DNA of 64,000 nt from Bacillota bacterium. Its GTDB lineage: Bacteria; Bacillota; JAAYKD01. Below are positions 38,766-52,688 of this stretch, piece after piece. The translations under genes and the position numbers were made by a program. The notes under the pieces were generated by a model that saw nothing but the letters and a program-made list of their open reading frames with translations, made no database searches and was not told the DNA's origin. The stretch lies in the NCBI GenBank assembly GCA_963666425.2, contig OY762825.2, positions 1,440,001 through 1,504,000 of the forward strand. The letters are read 5' to 3'. Positions within the stretch are counted from its first letter, which is position 1; each line of letters begins with the position of its first letter.

Positions 38766-40376
38766 TTGTATGATTTACTAATCAAAAATGGCACCATTGT
38801 GGATGGAACCGGCAAGAAGCGTTATCGCGCTGACGTGGCGGTGCAAAACGGTAAGATTGCCCGCATTGCACCGATGATCAGCGAACCCGCCCAGCACAGT
38901 CTGGACGCAGAAGGTTTGATTGTCTCCCCCGGCTTTATTGATTATCATAGTCACAGTGACAATGCTGTCTTGTTAGCACCCGACAGCTATAATTATTTGG
39001 AGCAAGGCGTCACCACCCAGATCACCGGTCAATGCGGCAGCGGTCCGGCTCCTGTGTTTGAAGACACCGCTTATCGTGGCCAATATGGTCTTTCCGAAGA
39101 AGTTTGGCAAAAGCTCTTGGCGGCACGCCAGGATTTCCAGAGTTTTATGGCTTATGTCTCAACATTGAGTTTGGGCACCAATTATGCTTTTTATATCCCG
39201 CACGGCAACGTGCGCGGCAAGGTCATGTATTACAGCCCGGAAAAGCCAAACGCAGCACAAATGCAGGCCATGCAGGCTTTGGTCCGCCAAGCCATGGAAT
39301 GCGGTTATCTGGGCATGACCAGCGGCTTGGTTTACGCTCCCTCCGTTTATGCCGATGTGGATGAGCTGGCGGAATTGTGCAAAGTGGTGGCGGAATACCA
39401 TGGCAGTTATGCTTCCCACATTCGCGGCGAGGGAGACAAGGTGGTTTCCTCCGTGGCGGAAGCGTTGGAGGTCGGCCGTAAAGCCAATGTGCCGGTGATT
39501 GTATCTCACTTGAAAGTCTTGGGTCTGCATAACAAAGGCAAATCGTCGGTCATTTTAAAAATGATTGCCGATGCCAATGCCGCAGGCAGAATCGTGCGTG
39601 CCGATCAGTATCCCTTCCTGGCCGGCTCCGCACCTTTTATCGCGCAAATCCCGCCGAAATTCCTGACCGAAGGCAAAGAAGCTTTGCTGGAACGTTTAAA
39701 AAATCCGGAGTTCCGTCAAGTTGTGGAACACTCCATTTTCCATGAGACGGATGAATTCCAAAGTTCAATCTATGAAGCCGGCTATGACGGTTGCTTCATG
39801 GTTTCCTGCGATACCACGCCGCAGTATGTGGGCAAGAACATCGGAGAAATTGCCCGGGCGGAAGACAAACAGCCGATTGATGTTGCCTGCGACATTTTGA
39901 TTGCCAACGCCGGCGATGTCCAGGGGATTTATTTCTCACAGAACAACGACGACATGCTGAATATTATCGCCCAGCCCTTTGTGATGGGCGGTTCCGATTG
40001 GAGCGACTATATCACCCATCGTGATCCGGAACAGCTCTCCGGCGGACACCCGCGCAGCACCGGCACGATGACGCGCCGTTTGGAATTGCTGCGTGACCAT
40101 GGTCTGCTGACTCTGGAAGACGCGGTGCACAGTATTACCGGCTTGCCGGCTGAAACGTCTGGGTTAGACGGCATCGGTGTTTTGCAGGAAGGCATGCGGG
40201 CGGATATCACGGTCTTTGATTATGCCGCTGTCCGCTGCAACGCCGACTTTACCCATCCCTTCCGCAAAAACGATGGTATTTGTTACGTGCTGGTTGGCGG
40301 CGCACTGGCTGTGGAAAACGGCAGCGCGACCGGCGTCAAGAATGGTGTGATCCTGAAAAAGCATGTGACAGAATAA
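38766..40376 (+). CDS. N-acyl-D-amino-acid deacylase (D-aminoacylase)
   Basis: PGFIDYHSHSD, QGVTT..GQCG, SHIRGEG, SHLK, GSD, GHPR. Confidence 0.88.
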   Translation: MYDLLIKNGTIVDGTGKKRYRADVAVQNGKIARIAPMISEPAQHSLDAEGLIVSPGFIDYHSHSDNAVLLAPDSYNYLEQGVTTQITGQCGSGPAPVFEDTAYRGQYGLSEEVWQKLLAARQDFQSFMAYVSTLSLGTNYAFYIPHGNVRGKVMYYSPEKPNAAQMQAMQALVRQAMECGYLGMTSGLVYAPSVYADVDELAELCKVVAEYHGSYASHIRGEGDKVVSSVAEALEVGRKANVPVIVSHLKVLGLHNKGKSSVILKMIADANAAGRIVRADQYPFLAGSAPFIAQIPPKFLTEGKEALLERLKNPEFRQVVEHSIFHETDEFQSSIYEAGYDGCFMVSCDTTPQYVGKNIGEIARAEDKQPIDVACDILIANAGDVQGIYFSQNNDDMLNIIAQPFVMGGSDWSDYITHRDPEQLSGGHPRSTGTMTRRLELLRDHGLLTLEDAVHSITGLPAETSGLDGIGVLQEGMRADITVFDYAAVRCNADFTHPFRKNDGICYVLVGGALAVENGSATGVKNGVILKKHVTE

Positions 40377-40454
40377 TAAAAGCACTGGAGAGATAGCATA
40401 AAAAAAACGTGCCTGTTCCGCCGCATGGCTGAGCAGACACGTTTTTTAAATTTA

Positions 40455-41150
40455 TTATTCCTCAGTCAAGGCAAGCCGGGCCGCGGCTTTGGCATGGATC
40501 AGGGCGGTATCGTACGTTTTCAGCGGGCTGTTGTCGTCATGAATCAGCAGACCGATTTCCGTGCAGCCTAAGATCACCGCTTCGGCGCCGCGGGATTGCA
40601 AATCCTGCAAAATTGCCTGAAAGGTATGCAAGCTGTCTTGCCGGATAATGCCGTGACCCAATTCTGCATGAATTGTATTTTGAATAAAATCCCTCTGCTG
40701 CTCCTCTGGCACGATCACCTCAAGACCGCGTTTTTGCAGGATGTCCCGATAGAAAGGCATTTCCATGGTAAATTTCGTACCGGTTAGGGCTACCGTGTGG
40801 ATGCCATCCGCTAGTAATTGATCGGCAGTGACTTCGGCGATATGCAGAAACGGCAAACCGGTAGCCTGAATCACGTCATCCGCCACCAGATGCATGGTGT
40901 TGGTAGCCATCAGGATAAAATCGGCGCCGCCGGCTTTTAGTTTGAGTCCGGCCTCCGCCAAGATGCGGCCCGCTTCCGGCCAGTTGCCGTTTTGGTGAAC
41001 TGCTTCAATCTCAGCGAAATCGACGCTGTAGAGCAGGATTTTAGCACTGTGCTCGCCGCCCAATGCTTCCTGAATATAAGCATTGATTTCACGATAATAG
41101 GTGATACTGCTCTGCCAGGTCATGCCGGCCAGAATACCGATGGTTTTCAT
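40455..41150 (-). CDS. Aspartate/glutamate racemase family protein
   Basis: MKTIGILAGMTWQSS, ATNTMH, ILGCTEI. Confidence 0.9.
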   Translation of the reverse strand: MKTIGILAGMTWQSSITYYREINAYIQEALGGEHSAKILLYSVDFAEIEAVHQNGNWPEAGRILAEAGLKLKAGGADFILMATNTMHLVADDVIQATGLPFLHIAEVTADQLLADGIHTVALTGTKFTMEMPFYRDILQKRGLEVIVPEEQQRDFIQNTIHAELGHGIIRQDSLHTFQAILQDLQSRGAEAVILGCTEIGLLIHDDNSPLKTYDTALIHAKAAARLALTEE

Positions 41151-41237
41151 TTTACTTCGCGCTCCCTTGTTTTTTTCTCCCAGCTTCTTCATTGCGGCCG
41201 GTCTTTTCGAGGTAAAACCTGACCTTCCGCAATTTTT

Positions 41238-42368
41238 CTAGATATGAAACAAATCCACCAATTTATCAGTGGCTTTTAAACCGGAACCGGTCAATTCCAT
41301 AACGGGAATCTCCTCGGCCGCGATCACACCCAAGCGGCGCAGTTTAGCCAGACCCGCCGCCACCACGCCGCTGGTTGGTTCCACGTAAAAACCGGCTGCC
41401 GCCAGGCCTTTCACGCCCTGTAGGATTTCCTCTTCTTCCACCGTTATGATCCGGCCGCCGCTGGCGCGCACCGCCCGCAGCACCGCATCCCCCTTGATCG
41501 GCAGAGCGGAAGCAATTCCCTCCGCCATTGTCTTGCCTTTCGTAATAGCCACCGGACGTTCCAAGCCTTGAGCAAAGGCTTTGGCCAAAGGATCGCAGGC
41601 AGCTGTCTGGACCGCATAGATTTTCGGCAGATGCTTGATCTCTCTGGCGGCCATCAAATCGGTAAAGCCCTGCGCTAAACCCAAGACAAGAGAACCGTTG
41701 CCCACCGGCACGATCACGGAAGAAGGCGCTCTCCAGCCCAGTTGTTCCCAAATTTCATAAGCCAGCGTTTTCACGCCATGCACGAACCAAGGGCTCCAAT
41801 TGTGGCTGGCATAAAAGGTTTGCTCCGCCGCCGCTTCTGCCGCTTTGGTGGTATCTTCTCTGCTGCCTTCCACCTTGGTCAGCTTGGCGCCATACAGCGC
41901 GATTTGCGCTGCTTTGCCGGCTGAAGTATAAGCTGGAATAAAAATGTTGGCCGCGATACCCGCCACCGCACTGTAAGCCGCCACAGAAGCGCCGGCATTT
42001 CCGGAAGAATCCTCAATCAGCTCATGAATATCCCAGCGGCAAAGCTGAGACAGCATCACTGTCGTGCCGCGGTCTTTATAAGAACCGGTCGGCATCATGT
42101 AATCCGCTTTCAAATACGCCTTACCCCAAGGGCCCTGCGCCTGCAGCAAAGGTGTGAACCCTTCTCCCAACGTGACGGCGCGATCGGGTTCTTCAATGGG
42201 CAAAGCCTCGGCATAGCGCCATAAGCTGGCAGGTCCACGGGCAATTTCATCTTTATCAAAATGAGCGTTATATTCCAATGCTAAATAACCACCGCAATGG
42301 CAGCGCCAGCGTGGTTCATTGCTTTCATATTGTTCGCCGCAAACAGAACAGGTCAAAACAGCAGACAT
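41238..42368 (-). CDS. thrC: Threonine synthase-like fold-type II PLP enzyme
   Basis: N-terminal CxxC..CxC, TLGEGFTPL, PTGSYKDRG, SSGNAG, PVGNG, VEPTS, LTGSGLK. Confidence 0.75.
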   Translation of the reverse strand: MSAVLTCSVCGEQYESNEPRWRCHCGGYLALEYNAHFDKDEIARGPASLWRYAEALPIEEPDRAVTLGEGFTPLLQAQGPWGKAYLKADYMMPTGSYKDRGTTVMLSQLCRWDIHELIEDSSGNAGASVAAYSAVAGIAANIFIPAYTSAGKAAQIALYGAKLTKVEGSREDTTKAAEAAAEQTFYASHNWSPWFVHGVKTLAYEIWEQLGWRAPSSVIVPVGNGSLVLGLAQGFTDLMAAREIKHLPKIYAVQTAACDPLAKAFAQGLERPVAITKGKTMAEGIASALPIKGDAVLRAVRASGGRIITVEEEEILQGVKGLAAAGFYVEPTSGVVAAGLAKLRRLGVIAAEEIPVMELTGSGLKATDKLVDLFHI

Positions 42369-42517
42369 GAAATTCACTCCTTCATTCACTCCGAATCCTG
42401 AATCTATTTCGTGCCGAAACAGGAGTAATCCTGCCGGAAAACCTAATGTAACAAAGGATTCATTTCTCACTTGGCGAATTAGCAGACAAAGATCAGAAAG
42501 AGAAAGAAGGGCTCAAA

Positions 42518-43090
42518 ATGCAGACGATCCAGACCAGCCGCTTACTCTTACGGGAGTGGCGATCCACAGATGTCGACGATTTATTCGAATATGCCAAAGA
42601 CCCCGATACCGGTCCCAATGCCGGCTGGCAGCCGCACCAAAACAAGGAAGAATCTGCGAAGATCATTGAGATGTTCCAACGGGAACAACAAGTTTGGGCA
42701 ATTGTTGAGCAAAAAGATCAAAAGGTGATCGGCTCCATCGGTTTGCATCAGGATCAGCACCGCCGCAATGACAAGACCCGCATGCTCGGTTACGTCATCG
42801 CTAAAGCCTATTGGGGCAAAGGTTATGCCACCGAAGCCGCCCAGGCGGTTTTGCGTTATGCCTTCACTCAGCTGGAACTGGAGCTTGTCTCCGTCATGCA
42901 CTTTCATTTTAACCTCGCATCCAAACGGGTGATTGAAAAATGCGGCTTCCGCTACGAAGGCACTCTACGCCAGGCAATTCGCTTGTTTGACGGATGTATT
43001 GCAGATGATGTCTGTTACTCTCTGCTGCGTCAAGAATGGCAATTGCTGCAGGCAGACCAGAAATCTTCTCCTGCTGCAACACTCTTATAA
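42518..43090 (+). CDS. GNAT N-acetyltransferase (RimJ/RimL-like)
   Basis: TSRLLLR, YWGKGYATEA, NLASKRVIEKCGF. Confidence 0.88.
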   Translation: MQTIQTSRLLLREWRSTDVDDLFEYAKDPDTGPNAGWQPHQNKEESAKIIEMFQREQQVWAIVEQKDQKVIGSIGLHQDQHRRNDKTRMLGYVIAKAYWGKGYATEAAQAVLRYAFTQLELELVSVMHFHFNLASKRVIEKCGFRYEGTLRQAIRLFDGCIADDVCYSLLRQEWQLLQADQKSSPAATLL

Positions 43091-44239
43091 ACCAAAGCGC
43101 AGCATCTGCTGACGATACTGCTCCACTCGCTCGGTATCCACTGCTCCGAGATGGGCAACCCACATTGCCAAAAGCATCCGTCGCTGACGCAATACACGCA
43201 CCGCCCGCAAAAGCCAACAGCACGGCAAGAGAAACGGGAACCTGTGCAGAAAATCATACTGCCCCTGCATATTTTCCCGGTTCAAAAATACTCTTTGAGC
43301 AAAGGCAGCCCAGCGAGTACGCGAATTGAGCGGCTGCTGACGGAAAAGCTGCAGGGCTGAATTTTCGCCGCTGCCATAGGTACCGCAGGAGAAAATAAAG
43401 CTGCCCAATTCTTCAATGACCGGCGGACTCGATCTTTGGCAAAACCACAGCTCCGCCAAATGCTCCAAATTCTGAGCAAACGTGAGAATTCCGGCCCGCT
43501 GCAGCTCCGCTTTGATGAAATGCCAGTCCAAACTGTTTTTATATTTCTCCCGAAAGAGCCAGAGATCCAAAACGGAGCGGATGCCGCTGCCGCCATGCAA
43601 AAAATGATTGGTCAGATGCGCCAGGAGAAAAAGATAAAAACCTTCGTTGCTCAAAGACTTTTGGAATTGATTTTGACTTTCTGGATTGACATATTGCCAA
43701 CCCGGCGAGAAAAAGCGGCTGAGCGGTGAAGCGGAATCAAACAACTGGGGATGAAACTCCAGATGCAAGAAAGGCTGCTTATAAAAAGTGTAATGATTCC
43801 CTCTGCCCGCCACGATGGTTTTGTAACCTCTATCACTCAGGATGGAACGCACCTTATCCATGCTTTCGGTGTGGCACAACAAATCGATGTCCGCCATGCT
43901 GCGCATATCCGGCAGCGGATAAAGTTCGCGCAGGATCCAGCCTTTCAAAGGAACGAAAGAAATCTCTTCTGCCTGCAAAGCCTGGAATATCTCCTGCATT
44001 TCAAAGCTGCGAATTGTCTGCCGCCGCACCTCCCGAAGATGTGCTTCACAAAACAAGTGATAAATCACTGTCTCATTCCGCTGCAAACCATAAAAGAGCA
44101 GGCTTTCCAAACTATGTGCCTTTGCCAACTGATACAGCAGTTGCCAATCTTCCCTATCCTCCGCAAGCATCACCTTTTCCTGTTTCAGCGCGCAGCGCAG
44201 CAACTGCAGAAATGTTTGCTGTAAAGATTCGTTCTCCAA
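43085..44239 (-). CDS. Uncharacterised nucleotidyltransferase (NTP_transf_5-like)
   Basis: LKGWIL..YP..RSMADIDL, EFH, HFLHGGSGIRSVLD. Confidence 0.8.
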   Translation of the reverse strand: MENESLQQTFLQLLRCALKQEKVMLAEDREDWQLLYQLAKAHSLESLLFYGLQRNETVIYHLFCEAHLREVRRQTIRSFEMQEIFQALQAEEISFVPLKGWILRELYPLPDMRSMADIDLLCHTESMDKVRSILSDRGYKTIVAGRGNHYTFYKQPFLHLEFHPQLFDSASPLSRFFSPGWQYVNPESQNQFQKSLSNEGFYLFLLAHLTNHFLHGGSGIRSVLDLWLFREKYKNSLDWHFIKAELQRAGILTFAQNLEHLAELWFCQRSSPPVIEELGSFIFSCGTYGSGENSALQLFRQQPLNSRTRWAAFAQRVFLNRENMQGQYDFLHRFPFLLPCCWLLRAVRVLRQRRMLLAMWVAHLGAVDTERVEQYRQQMLRFGL

Positions 44240-44382
44240 TTCCTCAATCCCCTCGCTTTAACTCAACAGTCTTCTACTTCGCCTTCTATTTTGGCTATTT
44301 CTTGCCATTTACCCCCAAACCCTGCCTCTATCCCTGCACCAACTCCACCAATATCAATGATCTAAATAGAAAATTTTACTAA

Positions 44383-44962
44383 TCACCATCAACCTACCGC
44401 CGAGAATGCCGGCGGTATCCCCTTTATCTCCATCAGCCTGCCGCACAGAACACCGGTGGTGTCCTGTAGGCGGCATTTAGCGCAGCTAGCCGCCATAAAG
44501 ATACTGCCGGTGTTTGTACACCGCCCTACATTCGCTCATTCACCCCGTCCCCAGCTCTCATGCTCCTCAATCTCCATCAGCCTGCCGCTCAGAACGCCGG
44601 CGGTGTCCTGTAGGCGACCTATGCGCTCGCGCATGAGACGCCGGAAGGATGCTGCCGGTGTTCGTTATACACACTTCAATAAAATATATCCTACTCGTCC
44701 CCAGCCCTCATGCTCCTCAATCTCCATCAGCCTACCGCTCAGAACGCCGGTGGTGTCCTGTAGGCGGCCTATGCGCTCGCGCATGAGACACCGGAAGGAT
44801 ACTGCCGGTGTTTGTACACCGCCCTACATTCACTCATTCACCCCGTCCCAGCTCTCATGCTCCTCAATCTCCATCAGCCTGCCGCTCAGAACGCCGGCGG
44901 TGTCCTGTAGGCGACCTATGCGCTCGCGCATGAGACGCCGGAAGGATACTGCCGGTGTTCGT
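44383..44962. repeat. Tandem array of four ~147-bp REP-like hairpin units plus a partial unit
   Basis: ATCTCCATCAGCCT starts at 44426, 44570, 44720 and 44867; each unit contains GAACGCCGGYGGTGTCCT..AGGATRCTGCCGGTGTTY (first unit more degenerate). Confidence 0.9.
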
Positions 44963-45016
44963 TTGCAAGCCTGAAATTCATATATCCCCATCTCCCCGTT
45001 TTCTCTCCGCGTACAT

Positions 45017-45062
45017 AACAAAAGAAAGCATCCAAGCTTACGCATGAATGCTTTCTTTTGTT
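45017..45062 (-). terminator. rrn operon terminator
   Basis: AACAAAAGAAAGCAT..ATGCTTTCTTTTGTT hairpin just after the 5S. Confidence 0.75.
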
Positions 45063-45066
45063 GTTT

Positions 45067-45183
45067 GCCCGGCAGTTACCTACTCTCCCGGAAGGTTGCC
45101 CTTCGAGTACCATCGGCGTGGGAAGGCTTAACGGCCGTGTTCGGGATGGGAACGGGTGGATCCCTTCCGCTATCGCCACCGGA
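45067..45183 (-). rRNA. rrf: 5S rRNA
   Basis: Reverse complement TCCGGTGGCGATAGCGGAAGGGATCCACCCGTTCCCATCCCGAACACGG..GGGAGAGTAGGTAACTGCCGGG. Confidence 0.95.
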
Positions 45184-45332
45184 CTATTCAAGAATGTGGT
45201 CTCCCACACCCTGAAAATTGCATAGAGAAGTCAGTATTTGTCTTTCATTCGTCTAGATTCATTACTCTGCCGTCATCTTGTATTTCTTTTTGCGTCGGGC
45301 TTACAACCTCACTTGCTTTTCGCAAAGCCGTT

Positions 45333-48305
<2,973 letters not shown>

Positions 48306-48518
48306 TTTTCTCTACTTTGCGCGAAAGTTTTATTCCCACCATGTCGCCATGCCGGGTTTTATTCTTTCAGTGAAGTTGTTCCCTTCACTTTTTAATTTAC
48401 TTCCTACGACTTTTCATAAATCCTTCGTTTGTTTTACTTACTGTTTTAAAAGATTTGCTATCTTTCTTCTCTATGCAATTTTCAAGGTGCAAGTGTCTCT
48501 CTTTTGGTGAAGGTTTGT

Positions 48519-48594
48519 TGGTGGAGATGAGCGGGATCGAACCGCTGACCCCCTGCTTGCAAGGCAGGTGCTCTCCCAGCTGAGCTACACCCCC
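48519..48594 (-). tRNA. tRNA-Ala (TGC)
   Basis: GGGGGTGTAGCTCAGCTGGGAGAGCACCTGCCTTGCAAGCAGGGGGTCAGCGGTTCGATCCCGCTCATCTCCACCA. Confidence 0.97.
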
Positions 48595-48621
48595 GACTCT
48601 ATTCTTTTTCCACAAATCTTC

Positions 48622-48700
<79 letters not shown>

Positions 48701-48728
48701 CTGTTTTTCTTAAAAAAATTCAGGGTTT

Positions 48729-48750
48729 GATCCCTGAGAACTAAACAGCG
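48729..48750 (-). other. rRNA precursor processing stem (pairs with 50525-50546; an equivalent 23S pair is 48466-48489 / 45207-45230)
   Basis: GATCCCTGAGAACTAAACAGCG vs CGCTGTTTAGTTCTCAAGGATC; CTTCTCTATGCAATTTTCAAGGTG vs CACCCTGAAAATTGCATAGAGAAG. Confidence 0.8.
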
Positions 48751-48817
48751 ATTGATTGACTGACGAAGCGGATCCGGTATCGATCTTAGAAGTTACCTTC
48801 TTTATGAAAGTGCTCCC

Positions 48818-50333
<1,516 letters not shown>

Positions 50334-50592
50334 ATTTTCTATTGCAGAGCTAATCTAGCTCTTATTTACGAAATTTTCGTCTTTCGACTACTGGCTTCTT
50401 TTTGCATATCTTGCGATATGACTTTTTTGTAACCCCTTCGATTTCTTGTCACGCACATGACAAGTCCTCTTCGGTCACTCGTTTTTGAATTGACCGGTTC
50501 TTGTTATCTTCGTCTTTTTTCTTTCGCTGTTTAGTTCTCAAGGATCTGTGTCCTCACGTTCCGGTTTACTCTTGTTCCGTGAGTGCTTTGTT

Positions 50593-50621
50593 ATAATACC
50601 TGTTTTCATCTTTTTTGTCAA
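50593..50621 (-). promoter_or_regulatory. rrn promoter
   Basis: TTGACA-N17-TATTAT on the minus strand with an AT-rich upstream region. Confidence 0.75.
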
Positions 50622-50847
50622 GCGAATTTCCTTATTTATTTTGTGGGATTCTTATGTCTTGCCAGATAATTGTGAGATTTTTGTTTTATCTGCGTTAATG
50701 CATTTTATTTTACTGTTTCTCTGTCTAATTTTCTAGCCCAGACAGCACATCCCGAGATTTTTCAGGAAGCTTTGCTTGTCAGACAGGAAAAGCCATGCTA
50801 AAAACAGAAGAGTATGGCTATGATTCTATTATTAGGAGGAAATTACA

Positions 50848-51822
50848 ATGCAAGATCACGTTTTACAGCTAAACCAAGCCATCGCAGCCATCACAGCTGC
50901 GCCGGTACGGAATTTTTTCTTTGCAGCCTGCGGTGGTTCTATGGCAAAAATGGAACCCGGGCAGTATTTATTGGAACAGGAAACAGATATTCCGGCTTTT
51001 GTCTATTCATCAAATGAACTGATTCACCGGGCGCCTCATGCTTTGGGCAAAGGCTCTGTGGTGATTTTGTGTTCCACTTCCGGCAACACGCCGGAGACCG
51101 TTGCCGCCGCTCTCTTCGCACGCAATAAGGGTGCCCTGACCATTGGTCTGACGCATAAAGTGGATTCTCCGCTCTGGCAGGCTGCCGAATACAACATTCA
51201 TTATTCCAGCGGTGACGAAGCCGACTGCAGCGAATATAACGCCGCCATGCTCTATCGCCTGCTCTTTGGCGTTCTCAATGTCTGGCAGCCGCAAGCGAAG
51301 TATACCGCCATACTGGATGCGATCATGACTGCTTATCCGGCAGCTTTAGCACGCACCGTTCTGGATCATGCTGCCATTGCCAAAGAATTCGGCCGCAAAC
51401 ATAAGCGGGAAGAAATAATCTATACGATGGGCAGCGGTATCTGCTATTCTGCAGCTTATACCTTCTCGATCTGCATTTTAATGGAGATGCAATGGATTCA
51501 CTCTGCTTCGATCCAAAGTGGGGAATTCTTCCACGGCCCCTTTGAAATTACGGATGACAATGTGCCGATCATTTTGATCAAGAGTATCGATGACACCCGT
51601 CCGCTGGATGAAAGAGCGGAAGCGTTTGCCAAGCAGTTTACCGACAAATTGACGGTTGTAGATGCAGAAGGCTTTTATATGGAAGGAATTCCGCAGGAAA
51701 TGCGTAAGTATTTTGCACCTTTGTTTGTCACCCCTGTGCTGCGCAGTTACGCGGAAGAATTGGGAGCCCAGCGCGGTCATCCGCTTTCTGTTCGCCGCTA
51801 TATGTGGAAAATGGATTATTAA
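50848..51822 (+). CDS. frlB: Fructosamine-6-phosphate deglycase (SIS domain)
   Basis: ACGGS, STSGNTPET, CILMEMQWIHS..SGEFFHGPFE, HPLSVRRYM. Confidence 0.88.
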   Translation: MQDHVLQLNQAIAAITAAPVRNFFFAACGGSMAKMEPGQYLLEQETDIPAFVYSSNELIHRAPHALGKGSVVILCSTSGNTPETVAAALFARNKGALTIGLTHKVDSPLWQAAEYNIHYSSGDEADCSEYNAAMLYRLLFGVLNVWQPQAKYTAILDAIMTAYPAALARTVLDHAAIAKEFGRKHKREEIIYTMGSGICYSAAYTFSICILMEMQWIHSASIQSGEFFHGPFEITDDNVPIILIKSIDDTRPLDERAEAFAKQFTDKLTVVDAEGFYMEGIPQEMRKYFAPLFVTPVLRSYAEELGAQRGHPLSVRRYMWKMDY

Positions 51823-51833
51823 AGGGGAGCATC

Positions 51834-52679
51834 ATGAAATTATTGGCCATTGGTGATAATGTTGTCGATTGTTATTTGCATCAAAAAACCTATTACCCGG
51901 GCGGCAATGCGGTCAATGTTGCCGTCAATTGTCATCGTTTTGGCGGTGATCGAACAGCTTATCTTGGCGTTTTTGGCACCGATCAGAAAGCAGAACATCT
52001 GCAAAACTGTCTGAAGCAAGAAGGGGTAGAATTTGACCGCTGCCGCCGCCTGGTGGGACGCAGCGGAGCTCCCCTGGTTAATTTAGTCGACGGTGACCGT
52101 GTCTTTGTCCGCTCACGCAAAGATACCGCGCAGCATCTGGTGCGCCTGAACTTAACCAAAGCGGATCTCGCTTATCTCGGTGATTTCGATCTGGTCCATA
52201 CCAGCTGTTTTTCTTATTTGGAATCGTTATTACCGGAAATTGCCAGGCGCTGTTTGGTTTCTTACGACTTTTCCACCCATCAGCGGGAAGATTTTTATCT
52301 GCGCCAGGTTTGTCCGCATTTGAAATTTGCTTTCTTCTCCGGAGCGGATTTAACAAAAAGCCAACAAGAAGCGCTGATGGATACGTGTCACGCTTACGGA
52401 ACAGAAATCGTGGGAATTACGATGGGTGTCAAAGGCTCTTATTTCTCACACCGGGGAGAGCGTTTTCAGCACGGTATCGTGCCGGTAGAAGCGGTGGACA
52501 CGCTGGGTGCCGGTGACGCCTTCATCTCCGGGTTCCTGACCGCTTATATTAACAATCAGGGGCAAATGCTGCCGGCGCTCGACGAAGCCGCGGCCAGAGG
52601 CGCTGCCGCCTGCGCTTATTCCGGCGGTTGGGGTTACGGTCATGCCTTTGACGGCGACGAGGAAGACCCCGAATTATAA
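51834..52679 (+). CDS. frlD: Fructosamine/fructoselysine 6-kinase (PfkB family)
   Basis: IGDNVVDCY..YPGGNAVNVAV, SYDFS, VDTLGAGDAF; adjacent to frlB. Confidence 0.88.
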   Translation: MKLLAIGDNVVDCYLHQKTYYPGGNAVNVAVNCHRFGGDRTAYLGVFGTDQKAEHLQNCLKQEGVEFDRCRRLVGRSGAPLVNLVDGDRVFVRSRKDTAQHLVRLNLTKADLAYLGDFDLVHTSCFSYLESLLPEIARRCLVSYDFSTHQREDFYLRQVCPHLKFAFFSGADLTKSQQEALMDTCHAYGTEIVGITMGVKGSYFSHRGERFQHGIVPVEAVDTLGAGDAFISGFLTAYINNQGQMLPALDEAAARGAAACAYSGGWGYGHAFDGDEEDPEL

Positions 52680-52688
52680 ATAGAAAGG

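Noticed and set aside
43085-44239. Lasso-peptide/PqqD-type cluster around the nucleotidyltransferase
   Set aside because: No precursor, PqqD, peptidase or cyclase genes nearby.
44383-44962. CRISPR array, or the 172-aa repeat ORF (44456-44974)
   Set aside because: Repeats are ~110 bp with reused spacers and no cas genes are present; the ORF merely reads through the DNA repeat.
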